A stretch of 32,000 nucleotides of DNA from Mycobacterium leprae TN (GTDB taxonomy: Bacteria > Actinomycetota > Actinomycetes > Mycobacteriales > Mycobacteriaceae): NCBI RefSeq assembly GCF_000195855.1, contig NC_002677.1, positions 2,040,001 to 2,072,000 on the forward strand, written 5' to 3'. The translations under genes and the position numbers were made by a program. Positions 10,015 to 22,178 of the stretch are shown here, in pieces; the stretch's first letter is position 1, and the number at the start of each line of letters is the position of its first letter. The notes beneath the pieces were generated by a model. The model saw nothing but the letters and a program-made list of their open reading frames with translations, made no database searches and was not told where the DNA came from.

Positions 10015-10047
10015 AAAGTATATAAAGTAAAGTATATTTAAAGTATA
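10015..10047. repeat. AT-only low-complexity patch with three AAAGTATA copies
   Basis: AAAGTATA occurs at 10015, 10029 and 10040, with a partial AAAGTA at 10024. The patch sits within GTACAAAGTATATAAAGTAAAGTATATTTAAAGTATAG, just downstream of the gatB stop. Confidence 0.8.
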
Positions 10048-10119
10048 GAAGACGTCATGCTAATCGTTACACAATCGCCTCAGCTTCACAACAGCTTCTG
10101 GTCTACTTAAACTGTTCAG

Positions 10120-11649
10120 TTACCCCTGCCCGCAAATGGCCAAGACGAGTTCACGCACCCGGGCAGCATCGGCCTGCCCGCGGGTGGTCTTCATCACCGC
10201 TCCTACGATCGCACCGGCCGCCGCCACCTTGCCGCCACGAATCTTTTCCGCCACATCAGGATCGGCGGCCAAAGCCTCGTCGACAGCAGCCTGCATCACC
10301 GAGTCGTCGCGCACCAAGGCCAAGTCGCGATCAACCATAACCTGCTCGGGTTCACCCTCCCCGGCAAGCACACCCTCGACGACCTGGCGAGCCAACCTAA
10401 TGGACAGCTTACCCTCGTCGACCAACGCCACTACCACGGCGACTTGGGCAGGAGTGATGGCCAACTCGTCCAAGGTGATGTTTGCCTCATTAGCTTTCTG
10501 CACCAAGAAGTTTCCCCACCAAGCGCGTGCTTGTTCGCTGGAGGCGCCGTTCTTGACGGTCGCGGCGACCAATTCAACCGCGCCAGCGTTGACGAGATCT
10601 CGCATCACCTCGTCGGAAATACCCCATTCCTGCTGAATCCTCTTGCGGCTCAACCACGGTAACTCCGGTATTGTTTGACGCAATTGCTCGACCAGCTCGC
10701 GGCTGGGCGCGACGGGCTCTAGGTCGGGGTCGGGGAAATATCGGTAGTCCTGCGCTGTCTCCTTGGCGCGTCCCGGGCTAGTGTACCCGTCCTCATGAAA
10801 GTGCCTGGTCTCCTGGGCGATTCGACCTCCGGACACCAGAATGGCTCCTTGGCGCTGCATCTCGTAGCGTACAGCCATTTCAACACTTTTCAATGAATTA
10901 ACGTTTTTGATCTCGCTCCTGGTGCCGAATTCGACCGTACCGATAGGTTTCAACGATACGTTGGCGTCACAACGCATTGAGCCTTGGTCCATCCGGACAT
11001 CGGATACGTCCAACGTGCGCAACAGATCTTGCAATGCCTTCACATACGCCCGAGCGATCTGTGGTGCCCGAACTCCGGCCCCCTCAATAGGCTTGGTGAC
11101 GATTTCGATCAACGGCACGCCAGCACGGTTGTAGTCAATCAGCGACGTCGTTGCGCCGTAAATGCGGCCGGTCTCGCTGCCTAGGTGGGTCAGCTTGCCG
11201 GTGTCTTCCTCCATGTGCGCCCGTTCGATCTCCACCCGCCAGGTAGTGTCGTCTTCCAGAGGTACCTCGAGGTAGCCGTTAATGGCGATCGGCTCATCGT
11301 ATTGCGATATTTGGTAATTCTTAGGCACGTCTGGGTAGAAGTAGTTCTTCCGTGCGAAGCGGCACCAGGGCACGATTTCACAGTTCAACGCCAGCCCGAT
11401 CCGAATCGCCGACTGGACCGCGGCCCGGTTGAGCACTGGCAGCGAACCCGGCAGGCCCAGACACACCGGGCACACCTGAGTGTTTGGTTCAGCGCCAAAT
11501 GTGGTGGCACAGCCACAGAACATTTTAGTCACAGTGGACAGCTCAACATGCACCTCAAGCCCGAACACCGGATCAAACCGCGCGACTACAACATCATAAT
11601 CCAGCAAATCCGCCCCTGAAGCCTTGGACGCCCCGGAAACAACAGTCAT
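10120..11649 (-). CDS. gatB: Asp-tRNA(Asn)/Glu-tRNA(Gln) amidotransferase subunit B
   Basis: The 509-aa ORF has an ATG start. GatB blocks are present ([41 protein letters not shown]) along with a C-terminal YqeY-like tail. Confidence 0.95.
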   Translation of the reverse strand: MTVVSGASKASGADLLDYDVVVARFDPVFGLEVHVELSTVTKMFCGCATTFGAEPNTQVCPVCLGLPGSLPVLNRAAVQSAIRIGLALNCEIVPWCRFARKNYFYPDVPKNYQISQYDEPIAINGYLEVPLEDDTTWRVEIERAHMEEDTGKLTHLGSETGRIYGATTSLIDYNRAGVPLIEIVTKPIEGAGVRAPQIARAYVKALQDLLRTLDVSDVRMDQGSMRCDANVSLKPIGTVEFGTRSEIKNVNSLKSVEMAVRYEMQRQGAILVSGGRIAQETRHFHEDGYTSPGRAKETAQDYRYFPDPDLEPVAPSRELVEQLRQTIPELPWLSRKRIQQEWGISDEVMRDLVNAGAVELVAATVKNGASSEQARAWWGNFLVQKANEANITLDELAITPAQVAVVVALVDEGKLSIRLARQVVEGVLAGEGEPEQVMVDRDLALVRDDSVMQAAVDEALAADPDVAEKIRGGKVAAAGAIVGAVMKTTRGQADAARVRELVLAICGQG

Positions 11650-11997
11650 GAGCTCGATCCTAGAGGCCGATTGCGAGACCAGCCGAGCCGAACTAAGCGG
11701 GCCACCACCTAGGCGCCCGGCCGAGAGACCGCTATGCGAAGGTCATGCTCCGTTGCCTGGCCAGGAACATAGTGGGCAACGTGATCTCGTTCCTCTCATG
11801 CACGTGTCGATCTAACAACAGTACCATCCGTAGCAGCAACTTAGGCGGACAATCGCTCAAGTTCTTAGCTAGCCATAGTTTCCAGTTCCTCAGCCTCGAC
11901 GTGAGTGTCTTGCCAGCGTTTGGTGCATATGGCCACCTCGAAATTCAGACAGTCGAACAGTTGACGCTACCGCGGTATTTGCAGTAGCATTCCCATC

Positions 11998-13029
11998 TTA
12001 ACCGAAGAAGGCGGCGGCGTCGTCGTAACGGCTTTCGGGCACCAATTTGAGCTGACGCACCGCATCCTCCAGCGGTACGCGACCGATGTCTTGCCCACGC
12101 AGTGACACCATCTGGCCGTACTCGCCGGCGTGCGAGGCGTCGGCAGCATTAACCCCGAACCGGGTGGCCAGCACCCGATCGAAGGCCGTCGGTGTACCAC
12201 CGCGTTGGACATGACCCAGCACAGTCACTCGCACGTCCTTGTTGATCCGCTTCTCGACCTCAGCGCCCAATTGCGCTGCCACCCCAGTGAAACGCTCGTG
12301 ACCAAATTCATCCATCCCACCTTGGCGCAACGTGATCGAGCCTGGGACCGGCTTGGCACCCTCAGCGACCACGCAAATGAAATGCGAATCCCCGCGCTGA
12401 AAACGTCGTTTCACGAGGCAGCACACTTCCTCGACATCGAAGGGCTGTTCGGGAATCAGCGTCATGTGCGCACCGGAAGCCAGCCCGGAACTCAGCGCTA
12501 TCCAGCCGGCATGCCGACCCATCACCTCCACCAGCATCACACGTTGGTGAGATTCGGCGGTACTGTGCAACCGGTCAATGGCTTCGGTAGCCACCGTCAG
12601 CGCGGTGTCGTGGCCAAAGGTCACGTCGGTGCAGTCGATGTCGTTGTCGATCGTCTTCGGCACGCCGACCACAGGAACGTCTTCCTGCGACAGCCAGTGC
12701 GCGGCCGTCAGCGTGCCTTCGCCGCCGATCGGGATGAGCACGTCGATGCCATTGTCATCCAGGGTCTGCTTGATCTGATGCAGCCCGGCCCGCAGCTTGT
12801 CGGGGTGCACGTGGGCAGTGCCCAGCATGGTTCCGCCTTTGGCTAACAGACGGTCATTCCGGTCGTCGTTGCACAGCTGCATGCGCCGATTCTCCAGCAA
12901 CCCACGCCAGCCGTCCTGAAACCCGACTACCGACGAACCGTACCGGGCGTCACAGGTGCGCACAATCGCCCGGATAACGGCGTTAAGACCAGGACAGTCG
13001 CCGCCCCCCGTGAGAATTCCGATCCTCAT
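11998..13029 (-). CDS. pfkA: ATP-dependent 6-phosphofructokinase
   Basis: The protein opens [21 protein letters not shown] and contains [14 protein letters not shown] and [10 protein letters not shown] blocks. I prefer the ATG at 13029 (343 aa) to the upstream ATG at 13044, which adds MQDEG. The choice is not resolvable from sequence alone. Confidence 0.9.
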   Translation of the reverse strand: MRIGILTGGGDCPGLNAVIRAIVRTCDARYGSSVVGFQDGWRGLLENRRMQLCNDDRNDRLLAKGGTMLGTAHVHPDKLRAGLHQIKQTLDDNGIDVLIPIGGEGTLTAAHWLSQEDVPVVGVPKTIDNDIDCTDVTFGHDTALTVATEAIDRLHSTAESHQRVMLVEVMGRHAGWIALSSGLASGAHMTLIPEQPFDVEEVCCLVKRRFQRGDSHFICVVAEGAKPVPGSITLRQGGMDEFGHERFTGVAAQLGAEVEKRINKDVRVTVLGHVQRGGTPTAFDRVLATRFGVNAADASHAGEYGQMVSLRGQDIGRVPLEDAVRQLKLVPESRYDDAAAFFG

Positions 13030-13116
13030 GCCTTCATCTTGCATGCGAACGCCTCAGATAGCGCGAACAAACGCAAATATCTGCTCGCGTTGGCAGCTGC
13101 TCGTGACCGAAGAAAC

Positions 13117-14610
13117 TCAAATAGCGGACGGCAATGGCCCGCGTGCGGCCTCGTAGGCGGCACCCACCCGGTAGAGTCGGTCGTCGGCCAAAGCGGGCGC
13201 CATGATCTGCAGGCCCACCGGCAGATCGTCATCCGAGGACAGCCCGGACGGCACCGACATGCCGCAATGGCCAGCCAGGTTGAGTGGCAACGTGCACAGA
13301 TCGAACAGGTACATCGCCAGCGGATCGTCGGCTTTTTCGCCAAGGCTGAACGCGGTAGTCGGCGTCGCCGGGGACACCAGCACGTCGACGGATCGGTAAG
13401 CTTTGTCTAAATCACGCGCAATCAACGTGCGCACCTTCTGCGCCTGGCTGTAGTAGGAATCGTAATAGCCGGCCGATAATGCGTAGGCACCGATCATGAT
13501 GCGCCGCTTGACCTCCGGCCCGAACCCGGCAGCCCTGGTCAGCGCAATCACCTCTTCGGCGCTGCGGCTGCCGTCGTCACCGACCCGCAGCCCGTAGCGC
13601 ATCGCATCGAAACGCGCGAGGTTGCTTGACACCTCCGATGGCAAGATCAGATAGTAGGCGGCCAGCGCGTAGTCAAAGTGCGGGCAGTCGACTTCGCTGA
13701 CCGTTGCACCCAGTGCGATCAACTGCTCGACAGCGGCCTGAAATGACGCCAACACCCCCGACTGATAACCCTCGCCACGCAACTGCCGGACCACCCCTAC
13801 CCGCACGCCGTGCAGGTCACCCGACTCGCCGGCCTTAGCAGCACCTACGATATCGGGCACCGCTGCTTCCACGGAGGTGGAGTCGCGGGCATCGTGGCCG
13901 GCGATCACCGCATGCAGCAGTGCAGTGTCTAAGACGGTGCGCGCGCACGGCCCTCCCTGATCCAGCGACGAGGCACAAGCAACCAGTCCGTACCGGGAAA
14001 CTGTGCCATAGGTGGGTTTGACACCGACTGTCGCGGTCAACGCGGCCGGCTGCCGGATGGAGCCGCCGGTGTCGGAGCCGATGGCCAACGGCGCCTGGAA
14101 CGCTGCCAACGCCGCTGCGCTGCCGCCACCGGAGCCGCCTGGCACCCGGTCGACATTCCACGGGTTGCGGGTCGGGCCGTAAGCGGAATTCTCGGTTGAG
14201 CTGCCCATCGCGAATTCATCCATGTTGGTCTTACCTAGGATCGGGATGCCGGCCGCGCGCAACCGCGTGGTGACAGTGGCGTCATAAGGGGAATGCCAGC
14301 CCTGTAGGATCTTGGATCCGCAGGTGGTCGGCATGTCGACAGTGGTGAACACATCTTTGAGCGCCAATGGAACTCCGGCCAACGTTGACGACAACTGTCC
14401 GCCAGCGGCCACCGCCTTGTCGACGGCGGCCGCCGCCGACAGTGCCTTCTCGGCCGCCACGTGAAGGAAGGCTCGGTAGGTGTCGTCCGTCGCCTCGATC
14501 TGGTCCAGGCAGGCCTGGGTGATCTCAACCGACGACAGCTCCTTGGCAACGATCTTGGCAGCCAGCGTCGACGCGTCCAACCGAATGATCTCGTGCAGTG
14601 AACCAATCAT
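13117..14610 (-). CDS. gatA: Glu-tRNA(Gln) amidotransferase subunit A
   Basis: The amidase signature is present ([25 protein letters not shown]). I place the start at ATG 14610 ([14 protein letters not shown], 497 aa), which overlaps the gatC stop as ATGA. The 29-codon upstream extension in the ORF track lies inside gatC. Confidence 0.92.
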   Translation of the reverse strand: MIGSLHEIIRLDASTLAAKIVAKELSSVEITQACLDQIEATDDTYRAFLHVAAEKALSAAAAVDKAVAAGGQLSSTLAGVPLALKDVFTTVDMPTTCGSKILQGWHSPYDATVTTRLRAAGIPILGKTNMDEFAMGSSTENSAYGPTRNPWNVDRVPGGSGGGSAAALAAFQAPLAIGSDTGGSIRQPAALTATVGVKPTYGTVSRYGLVACASSLDQGGPCARTVLDTALLHAVIAGHDARDSTSVEAAVPDIVGAAKAGESGDLHGVRVGVVRQLRGEGYQSGVLASFQAAVEQLIALGATVSEVDCPHFDYALAAYYLILPSEVSSNLARFDAMRYGLRVGDDGSRSAEEVIALTRAAGFGPEVKRRIMIGAYALSAGYYDSYYSQAQKVRTLIARDLDKAYRSVDVLVSPATPTTAFSLGEKADDPLAMYLFDLCTLPLNLAGHCGMSVPSGLSSDDDLPVGLQIMAPALADDRLYRVGAAYEAARGPLPSAI

Positions 14611-14906
14611 TTGTTGTCCCCCAAGATCTGAGGGACAACAAAGCGGCCGTAAATGGCTTCGGGTGCTTCGGCCAGCGCCTGCTGCTGAGTCAGACACGGG
14701 ACAGTCTCGTCCGGGCGCGTGATGTTGACGTATTTGAGCGGATTGTCGGTAGGTTCGACGCCGGTGACGTCAACAGCCTGAATCTGGCTCACGTGGGCCA
14801 GGATGACGTCGAGTTGACTAGAGAAGCTGGCCAACTCGGTATCGGTCAACACCAGTCGGGTTAGCCGGGCCAGGTGCAAGACCTCATCGCGGGAGATCGG
14901 GGACAC
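14607..14906 (-). CDS. gatC: Glu-tRNA(Gln) amidotransferase subunit C
   Basis: The 99-aa version starts at GTG 14906 ([26 protein letters not shown]...[11 protein letters not shown]). The typical GatC length supports this start over the 113-aa ORF-track start. Confidence 0.88.
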   Translation of the reverse strand: MSPISRDEVLHLARLTRLVLTDTELASFSSQLDVILAHVSQIQAVDVTGVEPTDNPLKYVNITRPDETVPCLTQQQALAEAPEAIYGRFVVPQILGDNK

Positions 14907-14951
14907 GCGTGAAAGCCTACCTAGCCGCGAGCGTGAAGTTGGCCGCACAAT

Positions 14952-14989
14952 AACTTTCTTTACCCAACAGAACTTTCTCTACCCAACAG
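14952..14989. repeat. 19-bp imperfect tandem duplication in the gatC / ACT-protein divergent intergenic region
   Basis: AACTTTCTTTACCCAACAG (14952-14970) is followed by AACTTTCTCTACCCAACAG (14971-14989), with 1 mismatch. Confidence 0.9.
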
Positions 14990-15042
14990 AAAATCTAGAT
15001 GCACGCTCGTCGGCAGAGGAAGCCAGCCGGTCAGGCCTCTGG

Positions 15043-15741
15043 GTGGAAATGCCGCTTACCCAACGCTATGCAACAGTGTTGGCCGTGCCTTCCTATCTGC
15101 TGCGCATCGAACTAGCCGACCGCCCAGGCAGCCTGGGCTCACTAGCTGTGGCGCTCGGTTCAGTGGGCGGCGACATTCTGTCGCTAGATGTGGTCGAGCG
15201 CAGCGGTGGTTACGCGATCGATGACCTTGTCATCGAGGTTCCATCCGGGGCAATGCCCGACAAGTTGATCACCGCCTTCGAATCACTTCCCGGTGTCCGA
15301 GTGGACAGTGTCCGTCCGCATAGCGGTCTGCTGGAAGCCCACCGCGAGCTGGAGCTGCTCGACCAGGTCGCCGCGGCCGACGACAACGCATCCAAACTGC
15401 AAGTGCTGGCCGACGAGGCGCCCAAGGTGCTGCGGGTGAGCTGGTGCACCGTATTGCGCAGTTCGCAGGGAAAGCTACTACGCTTAGCCGCTAGTGTTGG
15501 CGCACCAGAGACTCGGGCGAATTCGGCACCGTGGCTGCCGATCGAACGTGCCGCGCCACTAGACGGTACCGCCGAGTGGGTGCCACAGTCGTTGCGCGAT
15601 ATGAACACCACCATGATCGCCGCACCATTGGGCGACCCACACACCGCAGTGGTGCTGGGCCGTCCGGGCCCGGAGTTTAGGCCATCAGAGGTGGCTCGAC
15701 TGGGGTACCTAGCCGGAATCGTGGCCACCATGCTGCGCTAA
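15043..15741 (+). CDS. ACT-domain-containing protein (Rv3013-like)
   Basis: The ORF contains SYLLRIELADRPGSLGSLAVALGSVGGDILSLDVVE (ACT fold) and a conserved C-terminus PSEVARLGYLAGIVATMLR. The start is ambiguous among GTG 15043, ATG 15049 and GTG 15085. Confidence 0.8.
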   Translation: MEMPLTQRYATVLAVPSYLLRIELADRPGSLGSLAVALGSVGGDILSLDVVERSGGYAIDDLVIEVPSGAMPDKLITAFESLPGVRVDSVRPHSGLLEAHRELELLDQVAAADDNASKLQVLADEAPKVLRVSWCTVLRSSQGKLLRLAASVGAPETRANSAPWLPIERAAPLDGTAEWVPQSLRDMNTTMIAAPLGDPHTAVVLGRPGPEFRPSEVARLGYLAGIVATMLR

Positions 15742-15743
15742 CG

Positions 15744-17837
<2,094 letters not shown>

Positions 17838-17886
17838 CTAACTGAGCAATCCGACACGCGACTGGGCCGCTGGTGCGCCGACGCAA

Positions 17887-18900
17887 CTAGATGGCGTCCG
17901 GGTCTTGGGCGAACGCTTCGGCGGTCTTACGCGCCAGCTCGATAGCGGTGCATGCCCAGTGCGGCGTCGCACCCGCCAGACCACATGCCGGGCTGACGCC
18001 GATACGATCACGCAGCGCTGAGCGACCAAAGCCGAGCCGATCGGTCACACCAACAACTGCGGCGGCCACCTGCTCTACCGACGGCAGCCGTTGCGGGGCG
18101 GTTGCGGGCACGACGCCCAACACGACCGTGCGGCCCGACTCGACGAATGCTGCGATGCCATCCAGATCCCCTGTCCGTAGCACGTTGACGTCTACCGACA
18201 CCGCTCTAATAGCGCTGCGCTGCAAGAAGTTCCATGGCAACTCCGCAGCACAGCTGTGCAGCAGTACGTCGGCACCCACGGTCGCGACGCAACTGTCGAA
18301 CAGTGTTGCCGCCAATGTTTCGTCGAGCGGGGCGACCGGGGAAAACGCAGTCACCCCAGTCAGCAGTCCCCCCAATGCCGCCGGCAGCGACACCTCATCG
18401 AACTGCACCACCACCTGTGTGTCGAGTCGCCGTGCCAGAGCCGCACGGTGCGCAGCAACACCCTCAGCCAGCGATTCCGCCAAGTCACGCACGGCACAGG
18501 AATCAGTGATCGCCCGGTGGCCGTTGGCCAGTTCTAGCCCGGCCGCGAGTGTAATCGGCCCAGGAGCCTGTACCTTGACGACACGCCCCCTACCGCGCAG
18601 GCCGGCCATCTCCCATGCCGCTTCGAAGGCATCCATGTCCTCGTCGAGCAGGCTAAAGGCCCTTCGTGTCACTGCACCGGGCCGTGCAGCAATTCGGTAA
18701 CCGCGCGGCACCGTGTCGATAGCCACGTCGATAAGTAGCGCGCCGGCCCGGCCAAGCATGTCGGCGCCCACTCCCCTGGCGGGCAACTCGACGATATGGG
18801 CTAGCGCACCCGCCAACTCGCCAACGACAACCTTGGCAGCTGGGTAAGGGGATGAACCGGGCCACGACCCAACACCGCTAGCCGTTGCGAAAACACTCAT
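17887..18900 (-). CDS. Conserved protein of the cobalamin-independent methionine synthase C-terminal-like / URO-D-like family (Rv3015c-like)
   Basis: The 337-aa ORF has an ATG start. Family-typical blocks include SGVGSWPGSS, VELPARGVGADMLGRAGALL, VKVQAPGPITLAA and VVVQFDEVSLPAAL. The functional label is from memory of ortholog annotations. Confidence 0.7.
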   Translation of the reverse strand: MSVFATASGVGSWPGSSPYPAAKVVVGELAGALAHIVELPARGVGADMLGRAGALLIDVAIDTVPRGYRIAARPGAVTRRAFSLLDEDMDAFEAAWEMAGLRGRGRVVKVQAPGPITLAAGLELANGHRAITDSCAVRDLAESLAEGVAAHRAALARRLDTQVVVQFDEVSLPAALGGLLTGVTAFSPVAPLDETLAATLFDSCVATVGADVLLHSCAAELPWNFLQRSAIRAVSVDVNVLRTGDLDGIAAFVESGRTVVLGVVPATAPQRLPSVEQVAAAVVGVTDRLGFGRSALRDRIGVSPACGLAGATPHWACTAIELARKTAEAFAQDPDAI

Positions 18901-19624
18901 CCGGCAACCGTATTCGACATCGCATCGACCGTCGCTCGTCAGGGTATCTGTTCTGTTGCGCGAACCAGCCCACAGCTAGCAAGTCTGACACGGCCGCTGG
19001 TTGTTATGCGGCGCAATTTTACCCCAAAGACGACATCACCGTAGACGTGATCCCGCTGGCCCAGTCACAGCTGCACGGTCGGCGACGACCTAGCAACCAT
19101 CCCAGGCAACGGTGCCCCTACCCAGACCGCACTACAAGCCCCATGTTGACCCATGTTGAAGAGTGCCACTAACACGGCTGTCCAATACCCGCCCAAAGCA
19201 GGTCCTCTCGCCGAAGGTGGCACGGCAACACATCGACTACCCGTCTTTGTCAGACTCGGCTTAGCCGCACACACGGCGACGGTGGTGGACTCTACCGGCC
19301 TACGTCCGTCAATTCGGCCCACCAACCACATCCGGCTCCCAGCTAACCGGCACCATCGGTGCCAGCCCAACCGACTCCATTACCCGCGGTACCAGCAAAG
19401 TCCCACAGACCAACATCCTGGTCAGAATCCACTGCTGACAGCGACCTAGTCGTAGGAGCCGGCCGCACAACCAATACCAACCTGCTGTCCGATGCTACCG
19501 AGAGCGCACTAAAATAGACGACATTATTTTTACTGTGTTCGCCAACTTGACGAAACTCCTCGTACCTCGACTGGTCCGCAAAGTAGACGCTCGATGCCGA
19601 TTGACAACGCAATCGACGCTCTAA

Positions 19625-19815
19625 TCACGGAGTCGGCCAGCACGAATAGGGGCTGCGACTATCAAGAACAGAGAGATGAAGATTATCACGACGAAATCTG
19701 AAGTTGATCACCTCAGCGATTTCACATAACCGCACGCAAAAAAGCTCGTCACAGACCAATGCAACGACCGCACTGACGGGTTTTACCCCCAGATCCAAAA
19801 TCGCTTTGCCAACTA
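19625..19815 (-). pseudogene. Diverged tandem duplicate of the 3'-terminal ~190 bp of mnmA
   Basis: The DNA aligns head-to-tail with 19816-20006. For example, 19727-19790 ...TTTCACATAACCGCACGCAAAAAAGCTCGTCACAGACCAATGCAACGACCGCACTGACGGGTTTTACC matches 19919-19983 TTCGCACAACCGCACAAACAGCTCGTCACCAATCAACTCAACGACCGCAACGGCGGTTTCACC, roughly three quarters identical by eye. The 64-aa ORF 19625-19819 reads SAVVALVCDELFCVRLCEIAEV..., compared with Mnm[24 protein letters not shown]. Confidence 0.75.
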
Positions 19816-20892
19816 TCACGCCGACATGCTAGCTATAGTGGCGCTGCCAAGCACTTCGTCCCCGTCCGGATCCAAGCGGTACAGCACCAACGTCTGGCCG
19901 CGCGCCACACCGCGCAGCGGTTCGCACAACCGCACAAACAGCTCGTCACCAATCAACTCAACGACCGCAACGGCGGTTTCACCGTGTGCACGAATCTGAA
20001 CCACACACTGAACAGGACCCAACGGCGCAGCTCCCGCGGTGAAGACCGGCGCCCGTCCGATCAGCGTATGCACACCGAGGTCGGCCGCGTCACCCACGTA
20101 CACGGTCGCGGTGTCGGCGTCAATCGCCGTCACATAGCGCGGACGGCCGTTCGGTCCTGGCCCGACGATGCCCAGACCCTTGCGTTGGCCTACGGTGAAA
20201 CCGTGTACTCCATCATGCTCGGCAAGCACCGTGCCATCCGCGTCAACCACACTGCCGCGGCGTATCCCAATACATTCACTCAAAAAAGCACGGGTGTTCC
20301 CGGACGGGATGAAGCAGATGCCGTGGCTGTCGGGCTTATCAGCGACTAGTAAGCCACGGCGGGCGGCCTCCGCACGAACCTGCCGCTTGAGCGTGTCGCC
20401 GATCGGGAACGCGGCGTGGCGCAACTGTTGAGCAGTCAATACCGCCAGCACGTAGGATTGATCCTTACCCCGGTCGACAGCACGACGTAGTCGCCCACCG
20501 GACAGTCGCGCGTAGTGGCCAGTGGCCACCGTATCGAAACCCAACATTAAGGCTCTGACAGAAAGCGCCGAGAACTTGATCCGCTGATTGCATTGCACAC
20601 AGGGGTTAGGGGTTTCCCCGCGGGCATACGCAGACACAAAATTATCGATCACGTCTTCTTGGAACTTCTCGGCGAAATCCCAAACATAAAAGGGGATCCC
20701 AAGGACATCGGCAACACGGCGCGCATCTGACACGTCTTCTTTGGAACAGCAGCCCCGTGACCCGGTGCGCAGCGTACCGGAGACGGTAGACAGCGCCAGG
20801 TGAACACCCACCACATCATGTCCGGCGTCGACCATCCGGGCAGCAGCAACCGACGAGTCGACGCCACCGCTCATCGCGGCGAGAACTTTCAC
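19816..20892 (-). CDS. mnmA: tRNA-specific 2-thiouridylase (tRNA U34 2-thiolation)
   Basis: The 358-aa ORF has the PP-loop [11 protein letters not shown], catalytic Cys contexts (NPCVQCN, HGICFI) and a C-terminal beta-barrel domain. The GTG start overlaps the iscS stop (GTGA at 20889-20892). Confidence 0.93.
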
Positions 20893-22079
20893 ACCCCAAC
20901 ACCCCCGGCCCCTGCCGCTGCCAGCGATGCTCGGCGGGCGCGATCCACCGCCCCCGGCAGCACCCGCAGCACCTCTTCAACGTCGACCTCAACACTATTG
21001 TGCCCCAAAGAAAGACGAAGCGATCCGCGCGCACTAGCCGGGTCGGCGCCCATCGCTATCAGAACGTGCGACGGCTGCGGAACACCGGAGGTGCAGGCCG
21101 ATCCAGTCGAGCATTCGATTCCGTTGGCATCCAACAGCATCAATAGCACATCACCTTCGCAACCACGGAAGATGAAGTGCGCGTTACCTGGAAGCCGCAT
21201 CCGATCGCGGGCACCGTTGAGTGCAACGTCGTCAATCGTCGCCAGCACACCCTCGATCAAGCGGTCACGCAACACCTGCAGCCGGATACTGTTGATCTCC
21301 AATCCGTCCACCGCGATCTGTGCCGCCGCTGCCATCCCAACAACGCTGGCGACACCGGGAGTGCCGGAACGAATATCGCGCTCCTGCCCACCACCATGCA
21401 ACAACGGAACACAGCTGATGTCCCGGCGCAGCAGCAACGCGCCCACACCAGGCGGGCCACCAAATTTATGCGCGGCCACACTCATCGCCGACAGCCCGCT
21501 GACACCGAACTTTACCGGCAGCTGACCCACCGCTTGTATCGCATCACTGTGCATCGGAACACCGAACTCGGCAGCGACGGCGGCGAGTTCGACGACTGGC
21601 ATGACTGTGCCGACTTCGTTATTGGCCCACATCACCGATACGAGTGCGACGTCGTTGTGTTGCTGCAGCGCCTCCCGCAGCCCGAACGCCGATACCGAGC
21701 CGTCGGCAGCGGTGGGCAACCACGTCACCTCCGCACCTTCGTGTTCGACCAGCCAGTTCACCGAGTCCAACACGGCGTGGTGTTCCACCTCGGTTGTAAC
21801 GATGCGTCGGTGGCACGGCTGCGCGTCACGGCGCGCCCAATAGATGCCTTTGACGGCCAAGTTGTCGCTCTCGGTGCCACCTGCAGTGAAAATCACCTCG
21901 GACGGGCGCGCAGCAAGTTTGTCGGCGATCAGCTCGCGGGATTCCTCAATCCGCCGCCGCGCCACTCGCCCACTGGTGTGCAGCGACGACGCGTTGCCGA
22001 CAGTGCCTAGCGCGGTCGTCATCGCCTCGATGGCGGCGGGGTGCATCGGGGTAGTAGCGGCGTGATCCAGGTAGGCCAT
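20889..22079 (-). CDS. iscS: Cysteine desulfurase (class V aminotransferase, NifS/IscS type)
   Basis: The protein opens [14 protein letters not shown] and has a PLP-lysine context [17 protein letters not shown] and an active-site Cys loop GSACTSG. I chose the ATG at 22079 (396 aa) over the 14-codon upstream extension in the ORF track. Confidence 0.9.
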
Positions 22080-22178
22080 GACGCACTTTAGGATACCGGC
22101 GATCGGAGCCTGCCGGATCAAGAGCGCCTGCTGCTCACTCCAGCACCGACATGTCGAGGTTCCGCATCGACATACTGC

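Noticed and set aside
14611-14697. A 29-codon upstream extension of gatA (and 14907-14948 for gatC, 22080-22121 for iscS, 13030-13044 for pfkA)
   Set aside because: The extensions run into the upstream gene or lack conservation. Canonical N-termini and stop/start overlaps support the shorter starts.
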